This document shows, one piece after another, positions 1-11,200 of a stretch of DNA of 64,000 nt. Each line of letters opens with the position of its first letter. Positions within the stretch are counted from its first letter, which is position 1. The notes under the pieces are model-generated. The model was not told where the DNA came from, did not search any database, and saw only the letters and a program-made list of their open reading frames with translations. The position numbers were made by a program, and so were the translations under genes. Origin of the DNA: Hyphochytrium catenoides (taxonomy: Eukaryota > Protista > Hyphochytriomycota); the NCBI GenBank assembly GCA_900088475.1, contig FLMG01000540.1, positions 1 to 64,000 on the forward strand. Reading direction: 5' to 3'.

Positions 1-173
1 TAGGTTGTAACCAACATTTTGCTGTTCTCTATGTCATTCGGACAAGATTGAGGTTTTTTGGTGTGTGATGAAGGAGATTTGGGGTGCGGGTGTGATGATC
101 AAGAAAGCTTTGTTCTCTTCCTCCTCCTTTCTTCATGATTGCGGGAAGCGTTGAGAGTAGGTAGCCCTAGAAA

Positions 174-2311
174 CTAGAAGGAAGGAAGGTTATTACACAG
201 TTGAGTCTTCAGTAGTTCCAGGAGGAGGACCGTCTTACCTCCTGCTGGGATCGGGGTCGGATGATTGGGCTCTTCTTCGTAGGAGGGAGGACCTGATGGC
301 CATACCGATGCCTTCTTCACCTCCCGCACCCGAGTTGGCACATCCCTGACATGACAAAACCACACGTTTTCAGCCGCCGCATCTTTGGAATCGCTGCATT
401 CAACCACCACATACGGGAGTTTGTGGGACGTTACCCACTGCTCTTGTAGAAGACCAACGGCTTTGCCTCCTACTTGAGGCCCTGCAGTGATGATGTCCGG
501 CAAACTAATCTTATTTCCTTGACGCCAGCCGGAATACTCTGTATTGTGACGGCTGTCCTTCACATGCTGAAGTATTTTATCATATACCTCCATAAAGGCA
601 CATAACAAAAGCTGCTTGTTGATGCCACCATCCTTCATCCGACCGTGAAGTGACTCATTTCTCTGAGTGCTCTGCTGGGGACAGAATCGGGAATGGGTGA
701 ATCGAACTGCCCACTTGCGCCTGTTCGCATAAATATAGATCTAACAATGAGTAACATGACAACGGTCAGTAATCCTCCTGTAAGATCACCACATGAGGGT
801 GTGACGAGCATTTATCTTACCAGGTATTGATGGAAATTAGTGCAATTGCCGAACAGTTCACTAAAGGTTATGACCCGTGTGCCGCCATCCTCGGTCTGTA
901 TTGTCCCCTCCTCCTTGTCCTCCCTGAGAGAAAGGACTCGGGCCTCAACCAATTTCACTGCTTCCAAACCTTCTCTCTCTCCGAGCAAGAACTTGCCCCG
1001 CAAGAAGTCCTTAGTACCCGCAGGAAGTGTTACTTGTTCTCTGATGGGGACCAGATCTGCATTGAAGCTGCTTTTGCCAATCTCATGAGAAACCTGGTCA
1101 TCACCACTTCCAAGAATGTGATGCTCTCCTGCACTGGGCGTTCCGTGCGACTGACTGGAAGAGTGAGTTGATAGGCCTCTTTGCGCAACTGCATCGTCGA
1201 TCAACGCAGTGAGATCTGCGAAGTCGGCATCAAACAGGCTGGCGCTTTTGACGTCATCCTCATAGATGAGTGGCTGGAAAGCTGCAAAGACTTTTGGAAA
1301 AAGCTTGCCCAATTTCCCGACAAACCTTTTGCGAAAGTTCGTTATGAAGTGCCACAAGCACCAGCAATGCTGCACCTCCGGCATGACCCCCTTCAGGGCA
1401 GCCGCCATTGCCGCATCACCATCGGTGAAAATGGTTGTGGGAAGGTTATCCTGAAAAGCATTCCTTAGCTCGGAGAATAACCAAACAAAGGATTCTGTTG
1501 TCTCATCCGACAAGAGACATTGACCAAGCACCACAGTGGCACCGTGACTGTCTTGCGTTGTCAGAGCGCCGAACTTCAACCCGTAAATATTAGTTCCGAA
1601 GGTGGTATCAAAACTAATACAGTCACCGTAAGCCAGGTACAGCTCCCTCTGCTCGGCTGTCATCCAGAAAAGACGGTCCAACTGGTGAGTCTCCTCGTCC
1701 ACCTGGTGCCTGTAAAAGAATGAGGGATCATTCACATGTCGGTCCTGGAACTTCTGGATAAGGCTTTGGGCATCGTCTTCTCTATGGACGGCCTCCTTGC
1801 AGTGTTTTTTTATTGCATTCCGAATGGTCTGCAGGGTAAAGAATCTGTTCAGCCCTTTTTCTGCATATCGGGCCCCGAGGGTGCTAAGTATAGCTCTCGG
1901 GGGAGAACCGCCACGGTATGCGTCCTTGATGAATTCTATGTCATCGTTGCATAGCACCTTTACAGAGGCAGCCGCTACGCAAAGCTTCTCCTGGCTCAGT
2001 AATGGGTGCCCCTTGTGAACCCATCGTTCTTTATCCGCACACCGCCGTACTGAGTACGTGTGTGACGCTCTGCAGAAGTAAGTTCTGGTACGCCACATGC
2101 ACCCGGTTTTCTTAGTGCCTTTTCTGGAATCCTCCTTTGGTCTATAAGTACCATAGCAGTGACAAAAGACGAACTGGGAGCTGTTTTTCTTCCAACCCTT
2201 TATGACGTCAAAACCTTTGGATCTGGCCCATGTCTTTACTGCTATGAAGGCTTCATTCATTGTCGCTTTGAAAAGGCCCAAGGGGCATTCCTTCTTCTGG
2301 GTCAGCTTCAC
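174..2311 (-). CDS. MULE/FAR1-type DDE transposase (spliced; probably frameshifted near its N-terminus)
   Basis: ORF 812..2311 has a FAR1-like region (AVKTWARSKGF...FVFCHC...TKKTGCMWR...H) and MULE motifs ISFDTTFGTN (D1) and IFTDGDAAMAAAL...HCWCLWH (D2 plus CxxH). A GT-AG intron at 820..741 joins HQYL to IYIYANRRKWAVRF...STQRNESLH (catalytic E), which runs into ORF 174..638. A further donor near 238 suggests the gene continues off-window. Confidence 0.88.
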
Positions 2312-2314
2312 AGA

Positions 2315-2536
2315 CAGGAGACACCGCCACTGGCGCTGATGCAGTTGCCGCAGGAGACATCGCCACTGGCGCTGATGCAGTTGCCGCAGGAGACATCGCC
2401 ACTGGCGCTGATGCAGTTGCCGCAGGAGACATCGCAGTTGCCGCAGGAGACATCGCCACTGGCGCTGATGCAGTTGCCGCAGGAGACATCGCAGTTGCCG
2501 CAGGAGACATCGCCGCCACTGCCGCTGATGCAGTTG
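2315..2536. repeat. Tandem minisatellite of 36-bp and 21-bp units
   Basis: The unit GAGACATCGCCACTGGCGCTGATGCAGTTGCCGCAG occurs about 5 times, interleaved with two 21-bp deletion variants. It encodes PAATASAPVAMS repeats on the minus strand. Confidence 0.95.
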
Positions 2537-2890
2537 TTGGGGGAGGGACCGCAGCTGTCGCCGGAGGGACAGGAGACACGGAGCCCAGCAGCAATGGGAA
2601 AGAAGGAAGAGGAGTTAGGGTTGGTGGTGGTGGGAAAGGAAGAGCTATATACGGGAAAAAAGGTGGTGGGAGAGTTGTTAATGTAGAATAAGAAAAGGGC
2701 ATCAACAGCAGCCTCCTTTCTTTGGGCAGAAGCATTGGCAGTGACATCGTAATGAGGAGGTTAATGAAGAGAAGTATTACAGGTCTTTCTGATGGGGAAG
2801 ATACAGCCTGAGTGGCGCCGATGTTTGGCGCCGATCCGATCTATGTTTTCCTGAATTCGACGGCGGCAGAAGAGACACCACAGGAGGGGC

Positions 2891-2953
2891 GACCTGAGTG
2901 GCGCCGATCATCATTGCTTTGACCTGAGTGGCGCCGATCGTCATTGCTTTGAC
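2891..2953. repeat. 30-bp tandem duplication, with a partial third copy near 2807
   Basis: GACCTGAGTGGCGCCGATC(A/G)TCATTGCTTT at 2891 and 2921; CCTGAGTGGCGCCGAT also at about 2807. Confidence 0.9.
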
Positions 2954-4581
2954 GGCGATGGGTGGGGGTTGGTAGTCACCAGATCAGAGGAAGAAGCTGG
3001 CTGATGATGATGCCATGATGACCTCCTTGTTGTTTTTGAAGTTGACCTGCTTTCGCGCCTCCGAGATCATCTCGATGCACCCTTTGAATGACCATTTGAA
3101 TCTTTGAATTCGTATTCAGTTTGGAAACTACCTTATGCAGTTTCAGATCCTAACCAATCAGAGTTCGGTAATAAGAAGATGGTCCAATCCTTTGAGCGCT
3201 TTTACATCTCTTTTCTTGTAAGCCAATGGTGGCTGTCGGTGTTGGTGAGCCTACTAGTTTATCCTCCAATGATGTTCGTCTGAAAGGGGGATCTTACATG
3301 AAGGGGGGATTATAAGAACTCCCAGCGGTTCACCACATCTCCACTCTATTGTCTGAGATGCTATCATGATGGAAACATTTCATCAAATAGGTTGCCACCA
3401 ATTATTCCTTTCTCCAGAACACACAGTTCCACACTGAACCTTTCGGTTTTCAAGTGTGGAATCTTTCTGAGGAAGGCTTTCAATCCTGTCAAGCTCGACC
3501 ATCATCAGGATCAGCCCTTGCCTCTCCATGACACAGCCAGCTTCACCTCTCACGAGCAGCGTCACCACCCAGGCCATCATCATCATCACACTTCTTGTAA
3601 GGGAAACAGCTCTTCTTTTGCAAAGTGCGCCACCGTGGTGTCATGTCCTGTTAAAATCTGTAAGGTCCTAATGCAGATTTAAAGGCAATAAAGAGTCGTG
3701 TTGACGGATGGCGGCGGGAGAGACAAGAGAGAAATAATGTAGTCGGTGGTGGCAAAAGGTATAGATGAAGTACAGCGACAGCAATGCGGCCTTATGTCTT
3801 AAGGTGGACTGAGGATGCTTTTTAGTATGCCCTGCTGCTTTAGGAAGACTGCTTTCTGATGCATTTGATACTCTGGAAAGCTATTCTTGAGTCCTTGTTT
3901 TCCAAGGTGTCGTCTGCTCATTTCATCTCCTGGGCTTGAATCAAGGAGGACAGGAATGAATCTGGTCTTCATTCATGTCGCGTCATCATGGTAAATAACA
4001 TTCTCAAACTCTGAATGCGATGATCGATTTTCGCGGCCAAACTGTAAGAGGGTGGGGAACTCCTGGTCATTCACTCTTAAAACATCCACTGCGCGCAAAT
4101 ATTTCTAAACAATGACCCGGGGAGAGCTTCTACCCACTGACACGTGCCAGACACATAATCAGTTCATTGGAACTAAGATCTCCTTTCGAAATGGCGCTAT
4201 GTTGAACCGTCATGCTTCGATTGGTCCAATCCTTTCTGTCTCCGCATTAGTGGTTGAACAAGTTGATAATTAATGGATCACGACCTGGACATAGAAGTCA
4301 AATTGCCGTAGCAGCTGAACATGTATAGACTTACGGGTTGCCATACCTTCACCACAAAAGTCGTGCTTGCTGGGGAGAACATTCCCCCTTCCAACCCCTC
4401 TGAACCCCTTCATCTTCATCCCCGCTTTCTCCATCTACAATCGCTACCCGTCGCCCCACATACGTCTTCCGCTCATTATCGGATAATTTTACCATTGTGG
4501 TCTTGGGCGGACCGTAAGAAGATGCCTTGCATCATGCTCCCAACAACAAGGGCCAACGCATACCCCAGGATGGCCGCCACT

Positions 4582-5496
4582 TCATCGAGGAGGCTCCATA
4601 CTAAGGTTGTAAGTTTGCATGTCTTCTGCGCTTCTCAGGGAAGCTTTGATGGTCCTAACGTCAATCCCACCTCCGCCACTGTTCTGCCCCTGAATGGTAC
4701 CCCTGGATTTGTGGCAATCAGTTTTGTGGAATCCCAAGAAGTGCTTTAGAACGAGAGTTATCGATGGGAAGGAGAGCTCTGTCCAAGGTATGTCTTCAGG
4801 CTCAAAGAGCCGTACATCTAAGCTTTCAGCTCCAGGAGCGATATCCGGGACGTTCAGGAGTTCTCCTTGGTAGTACATATGAACTGTACCGTCCAGATGA
4901 GCAGCGTTAATACGAGCACGGCAAGTCAAGGCAAAAGGTAAAGGATGCTTACTTTGATTGGCCGTCGGTACATTATACACGGTAAGGAGACCATTCATTT
5001 TGACTTGGGCATTTGCCTCTTCCAATGATTCCCTTGCAGCGCCCTCTTCCGAAGTTTCACTGCACTCCATGAAACCTACAGGCATCTTATTTAGATAGTG
5101 CATTGCTTTGCTAGATTGTTACTTGCACGACTTACCAGCAGGTATTGTCCAGAAGCCTTTCCTAGGTTCGATGGCCCGCTTACATAATAAAATTCTGCGA
5201 CTATTCTCTCCTGGCGCGGTTATAAGCGCCCCGACAACAACTTTCGGGTTCACGTAGGCTCTGAATCCGCAAGTCTCGCACCACAACCGATCAAATCCGT
5301 CCACTTTTATTGCCATCGGACCCTTTGGCCTGTCCGCCGGGTCGCCATCATGCGGACCCGGACATGTCCTTTCAGATTCCGTAGAGAACGCTTTAGCCTT
5401 GGTTAACCTTGAAGCCTTGCTTAATATCTGCCGCCATCCGAGACATTGATGACTACTCTTCAGCAGCGTCGTGCGGGTACTATATCTGCTAATCAT
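4582..5496 (-). CDS. Nudix hydrolase of the NUDT23-like type with an N-terminal zinc-ribbon remnant and possible organellar presequence
   Basis: [20 protein letters not shown]...[19 protein letters not shown] spliced to the Nudix box [23 protein letters not shown], then [24 protein letters not shown]. Two short introns at about 5135-5078 and 4952-4888. Confidence 0.88.
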
Positions 5497-6350
5497 AGAA
5501 TAACTCGGTCGAAGTCTCAGGCGCGCAGGTATGGAAACCCTCGTTTTTGGTATGTTAACACCAGCTAGGAACCTACTTCTCTTGGCAGGCTTCTCCAGCG
5601 GTCCTTGTCTTTGCAAGAAGGAATCTTATAGTGTGCCATGCATCTTCGCGGGCTCCTGCTTCTTCAATCTGCGATCATCAAACATTCTCTCTGATCTCCC
5701 ACACAACCCTATGACCTATGAGTTTCAGCTATTGTCGTTAGCGGCCCCATGCTTGTCAGTGTTGATGTGATGATTGTCTTATATAAACTAGTAGTGTTGT
5801 TGCACTGTCCCAACTCTCATTAAACGAGAGGAGGTGTGAACTGATAGAGACCGCTTTGGCATGGTCTTCGAGTCAATGCTGGCCGTCTGGCTTCACCTAT
5901 TACTTTCCTCTCACCTAGTGCTGCACCGTCATATACTCTATCCTGCCTAGCCGCACTCTTTGAGTCTTCTTGTAAATTCAAGAGAATGCAGTCCTCTCTA
6001 CTACTCGCTGGTGACATGCTGCCGTACTTCGCGAAAGATGGTCCTCTAAGTGCTTTCAGGGTCCGGTTAGGACACTCGTCAATGGCGGCGGTGGACTGAA
6101 CTGGATAAGAAGAGGCAAAAGGTCCCGCGGAAGACTGTATTACTCAGGCCCTACCGAAGGAATCAATAACAAAGAGTTACTTAGTTTCTGAAATTTTCTC
6201 CATTTCTAACGGCGAAGGCTGAGCTTTCGTCTAATGTTATGCAAGGAGAACAGGCTAACTTGTAGGACGTAACATGAGTTTCTTTATCTACTTCTTCGCT
6301 GTTCTAATGCAGCCCAGCAACATAACGCATAGACAGTACCATTTCCTAGC

Positions 6351-7347
6351 TTAAACCTTTGGCTGCGGTTCGACTGAGGGTGGCGGCACTTGGGGGACAT
6401 TGACGTCCTTAGGCATACTTGCTACAGCTACGGGGACAACGCAAGGCCCTGTCGCAAGTGTACACACACTGACCGCTGCACCATTGATTCTAGAAGCTAC
6501 GATACCCAATGGAGGTGCTGCGAAATCGCAGTCTGAGTCCCTGTACGAGCCCGTTTGCGTCGCCAGTTGAGCCAGCGCGCAGCAGCCACAGAAGAAAGAC
6601 GCTAAACAGTCCTGAAGCCCATCCCCCGGCAGAGAGAGGAGCTTTCGTACATGGTATCGCTGGTAAAAGATGAGAGCAAAAATTCCAAGGTGACCGAGCA
6701 CGATGAGAGGATATCCTGCAAGATGGCCCCGATTCACTGCCACCCCGATGTACCGCAGCAGAATAACCACAACAGAGATGAAGAGTGATTGACTGAAGGC
6801 CATAAGCCCAGTCCTGGCGTTGATTTGGGAAAAGGTTATGCAAGGACAGAAATATGCCATGCAACCTAAGATAGCAAGACAACATAAGTAAGAGAGACTG
6901 AAAATTGACGCGACTGCTGGGTCATGACTTACAGTTCGGAAATACGCTCTGGAAACAGTCGCATAGCCCTGCTTTCCACGTGTTTTCTTGCATCACGTTC
7001 ACGTCAGGCGAGACTGGGTAGTTCACATGAAGAACTGGAGGCTGTGACAGCATCGGTTGCTGCCCTGGGACGAGTTGGGGAGCGAGGACTACCACCACTT
7101 CCTGGGAATGTGCAGCCCCATAGCCCGTAGACTTCTCACTCCCAGGAGCCTGCGACATGTCAACAACCGGAGCTGATGGAAGGGGCGTCGGTGAGGGGCC
7201 AACGGGGAGCTGAACCCCTTGGATTGATTCAGACGCAGCGATGTTGGTCTGTTGTTCTACGTTTTCTGCTGGCATCTCCGCCTCTCCTCGGATACCTTCG
7301 GGCTGCGGAGTTAACCCAGGCACATCTCCATTAGCTGCAGATGCCAT
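6351..7347 (-). CDS. PLAC8 (cysteine-rich, PCR/CNR-like) family protein
   Basis: WKAGLCDCFQSVFPNC|CMAYFCPCITFSQI...RYHVRKLLSLPGDGLQDCLASFFCGCCALAQLA; one intron at about 6932-6867. Confidence 0.9.
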
Positions 7348-8230
7348 GCTCTAATTTTAAAATTAACGCCTCAGTAATTCGGAGATCCTACGGTATACTT
7401 GGCCCATAAGCGTCAAATGGAGCAATGAGACTGATTCGCGCTGGCCCAAGAACGCGTTGGCCATGGCAGGCTGTCGGCATTGCTCTAGCGGTAGCCAAGC
7501 TTGGCCTTAGCCCTCGAGCGCTGACGGCTGTGGGACAACAAGTTGTCCTGACGATGATTGATCAGAAAGATCTTACAGGTGTAACGTACCCGCTCTTATC
7601 TTGCATCAGAAAGAAATTATGCAATCTTTCGGTCTATTCCGACACTGTTAAGCGGTAATATTTCCAGTTAAGAAATATTTCGAGTCCATAGTGATCCTGT
7701 CCGTTACGAACCGATGATGGCTTGCCTTGATGGGTTGACCAGATAGAAAGGATACTTAACGAAGAAAGACTGCTGCTTGCCTCGTCGTGGCCATTCCAGT
7801 CCCAAGATCGATGATGAGGATCCACTCAGAGGTGCTCAACAGTGGCAAGAGATGGGAAGCGATTAGCACGGAGAGGATAAAGTTAGCAATAGTGAAGGCA
7901 GGCTGGTTAAACATATGTTTGCTTGGCTCATTATCCTTTCATTCGAGTGACCTCGTATGCTAGTGGCAGAGCGTTATAGGTATGGGGAAGGTCGACTGAC
8001 AAACAGAATTACTATGGCAGCACGGAAGAGTCAGGTGAGCTATCTGTATACTGCTTGAGGGGAGAATATGCCCACTATGTGTATGAGGTATACTGATAGG
8101 AGAGTCCGTCACCAGTAGAAGTAGCAAATCACTACTGTTTTGCAGCCAAAGTATGAAACGAGGACCCTCTAGTCCTCGTACCTATGTGCTGGTCATTTCT
8201 GGGCTATCATGTTGCAGCCTTATGGTCTAA

Positions 8231-11200
8231 TTAGCGTCTTTTCTCCACGTAACGTGTGAAAGTGAAGTTTACATCTGCTGTCACGGTGAGCGTAAAATGG
8301 CCGCATTTGCCAGCTTCGAATGTGGATGGGATGATGAGGTAGTGCTCGCCTATACGATTTGATAAAAAAGAAGCCGGCAACAGGATGCCCAACCCAGAGG
8401 AGAGGGCATATTAGGTGCGCGAGATAGATAAGTGAAAAGAGAAGAAACTTCCGAGAAGGGGAACAGGGATGTTCAAAGAGCATGAGCAAAGTCCTTAAAA
8501 GAAGAATCAGTGTAATGGCTTCAAATTGTCGCTAACAATCATCACAACGCAAGTGGCTCCAATTCTAGGTGACCTATCTCTCAGTTACCTGACTGCAGCG
8601 GCGCCAAAAAAAGGTCCTTAGGTGTCTCTACGTTGTTTAGGGGTACAAAATTAGTCTCTGTGAAGGGTCTTCCGTTATAATGCGCAGCCGCCCCCTGTGG
8701 CTCCCTTGAAAAGATCGAGCCCTTGACAAAGTAAAATCCAATCATACAGCCAACGGCGTCCGCCCGGACCATCCGAGCCCATTCCTGTGGTGACCGAGCC
8801 AGAGAGACATGGACCTACGTCGCGAGAAGTAAGACTGGTAAGCTTATCTTCTTCAAATGGACCTCAAACAAGGTAGCACCTCAATATAGTAGTAGTGAAG
8901 GCGAAATTAAACCGAGACGCCAAGGTCAGAAGAGCCGAGGCGAAAAGTGACTCAGCTCAGTATGGTGAAGTGAAGTGGAACCCCTTTCAGTCGCTAGGAT
9001 TGCACTTACGCGAACGGGCTTCCCAACATCAGCAAGGGTGAGAGCAAAGCGAGGGTTCCTTTTCCATTCTCCTTTGAAGTGCGAGCCTCCCGCTAGACTT
9101 TCGTTCCATTCTCCATCTAGCACCTTTGGAATAGATTTTAGAGAGACAAGACTAAAGGACAGGCATAGAGGGCATTCGGTAGTATAGTGACTGTCGAAGT
9201 GAGTGCAACACACAAGTGAGTTTTTCTATACCTGACTCTTAGGACAGAGCGGCTCCAATCTAACAGGCCATTCGCTGTGGGCTTCCAGCTGGAAGTCTCC
9301 GACCATTGCTGGCTCACTGTATTATCCCGTCAGTTGGTCAGCGAGGGGCAAATGAGAGAGACGTGTAAAGAGGAGTTAGCGATAACGGGAAGAGAGTAAA
9401 GGGCCCAAGGATAGAGATCAGACAAGCAGAGGAGAGCACTCGTCAGGATATTGATTCATCAATAATACGGATTAGCCAATGCCAGACCCTACCTGAAAGA
9501 AGGGACAATGATTAACCCTTTGGGGGCCCAGTTTCGATGAATCCCCGAGAGCTGCATGGTAGCGGTTTCCCCATCAACATACTCGGTACATCTGTCAGTT
9601 ATGCGAAGTCGCGTCAGAGCAAACTTGGTGAGACAGACAATGGTTGCCATCCTTCAGAGAAGAGAAGAGGAAGCGTGGCTAATATCGGTGCGGTTACTTT
9701 GGTCCGCTACTTCCTCTTCTCTCCTTCTTTGACCCTCTTACCTGCACCATTCCTCCTGGTTGATGTACAGACGCCGATGAGGTTGAGGAGACTTGTCCTT
9801 TTCACCTCCTGCAGCAGCTGACCGGCCATTGTGGGAGCTATCCTCTGGAACATTCTTCGCCCCATGAAGGTTTTTTTTCTTTCCCTTCACATGCCCTGCC
9901 CATTCCTCCTCAGCGTCCTGAAGAGTATCGCAGGAGGAGGTAACAAGCAGGAAGTCAATACCAAATGTTAGTATCACTGCCCGCGGTCCCTGCCTTTTTG
10001 GAAACCTTAACTTGTGCCACACCACGGAGGGTGACAAGGGAAAAGAAAGAAAAGCTGGTCCCCAGGCTTGTTCATACATGCCCTCCCTTCTCCATTCATG
10101 TCAATCTTCTCCTGGCAGACGTCTATCCGTGTGACTTGCCTCTTCCCTTCTAGTCGATAGAACAATGTCCCTACTAGGACTCCCACCGGCCAAATTAAAG
10201 TGGATGTATTGACTATCCATAAACCTCCCCAACATCTCTACTTCATTTGTTCCTTACCGTGCGAACGACTACAAAGCCAATCTTTGCATTGTCCTGCCCT
10301 GTTGCTGCTACTCCTCCAGCTCCTGCTCTGCTATGGGATGGAGTCAGAGCATGTCTACTGCTCTCCACCGAAGCCTTTCTGTTCGTGTTCTGTCTTACGA
10401 GTTTCTTGCTATTAGGTGATGTGGGCATTGAAGCATGAGGTTGAGAGGAAGAAGAGCTTCCTTCTAAGCGTCGCAGGACAATTTTAACGTCCACTGTGGG
10501 AAGAGGCTCCGTCAACGTTGCCCTCATTTGCTTCGCTCGCAGGTGGTGGTTGGATGAGGAAGGTGATGCGGAGGAGGAGGAGATAATCAGAGAAGAGAGC
10601 TGTTGGATGTTTCTCGCTGCCTTCTCTGCCTTGCCTTGCAGGCTTCGCGCGTCTTCACGAGTGTGCACTAAAGGAGCGTTATTGCCTCGAGAAGGACTGC
10701 TTGATGAGGGTAGAGATGAAGGGTCATTATTATTGTTCTCTCTCTCCTTGTTGGCTTGATCTTCCTGCTGCTCAAGTGAGGAGTGCTTAGCTCCAGAAGG
10801 GTCCTTGCTGAGCGGTTCTGGTAAGTCTTCGAAGGTAAGAAGGAACTGAGGATTGATAGCCCACTGAAAGTTATCGGACAGAGAACCTCTTCCTTCATTT
10901 CCCCCTCCTGTGCTCTTCTCTAAGTCAGCTCCTGCCACTGCTGCATTTACATCGTGCAGAGGGGGTAGTGTAGAAGCTCTGGCAGACGCCGCTGGCAGAG
11001 GAAGAGCAGAGCCAATAGAACTAAGTCGGCCCATCAGGTTTCTGGACGACCCGGCAGACGAGGGCGGGAGAGATGAGGAGATTTCTACTACTAGCCCCTC
11101 GTGAGGAGAAAGATGACTGTTTGTGGGAGATCTGGTAAGAAGGGAAGGAGGAGCCCTGCTTTCCCCTCCTGCGGGAGCAGAGGGTCCATGATTTGACGGC

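Larger units (their letters stand above)
1..3323 (-). mobile_element. Mutator-like (MULE) DNA transposon; left end lies outside the window, right boundary tentative
   Basis: Contains a MULE transposase. The right boundary is a guess at the G-rich segment 3281-3323 (minus strand begins GGGAGTTCTTATAATCCCCCC). The partner TIR and TSD are not visible. Confidence 0.7.

Noticed and set aside
2315-2536. 36-bp repeats resembling a CRISPR array
   Set aside because: The units are head-to-tail with no unique spacers, there are no cas genes, and the context is eukaryotic.
2159-2686. Plus-strand ORF with LPQETSPLALMQ repeats
   Set aside because: It is the antisense shadow of the triplet-length minisatellite; the minus-strand frame connects to the transposase.
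3330-4020. Short ORFs including a poly-His / poly-Met stretch
   Set aside because: Produced by a (CAT)n microsatellite; frames are interrupted by stops and show no recognisable motif. Possibly a decayed remnant.
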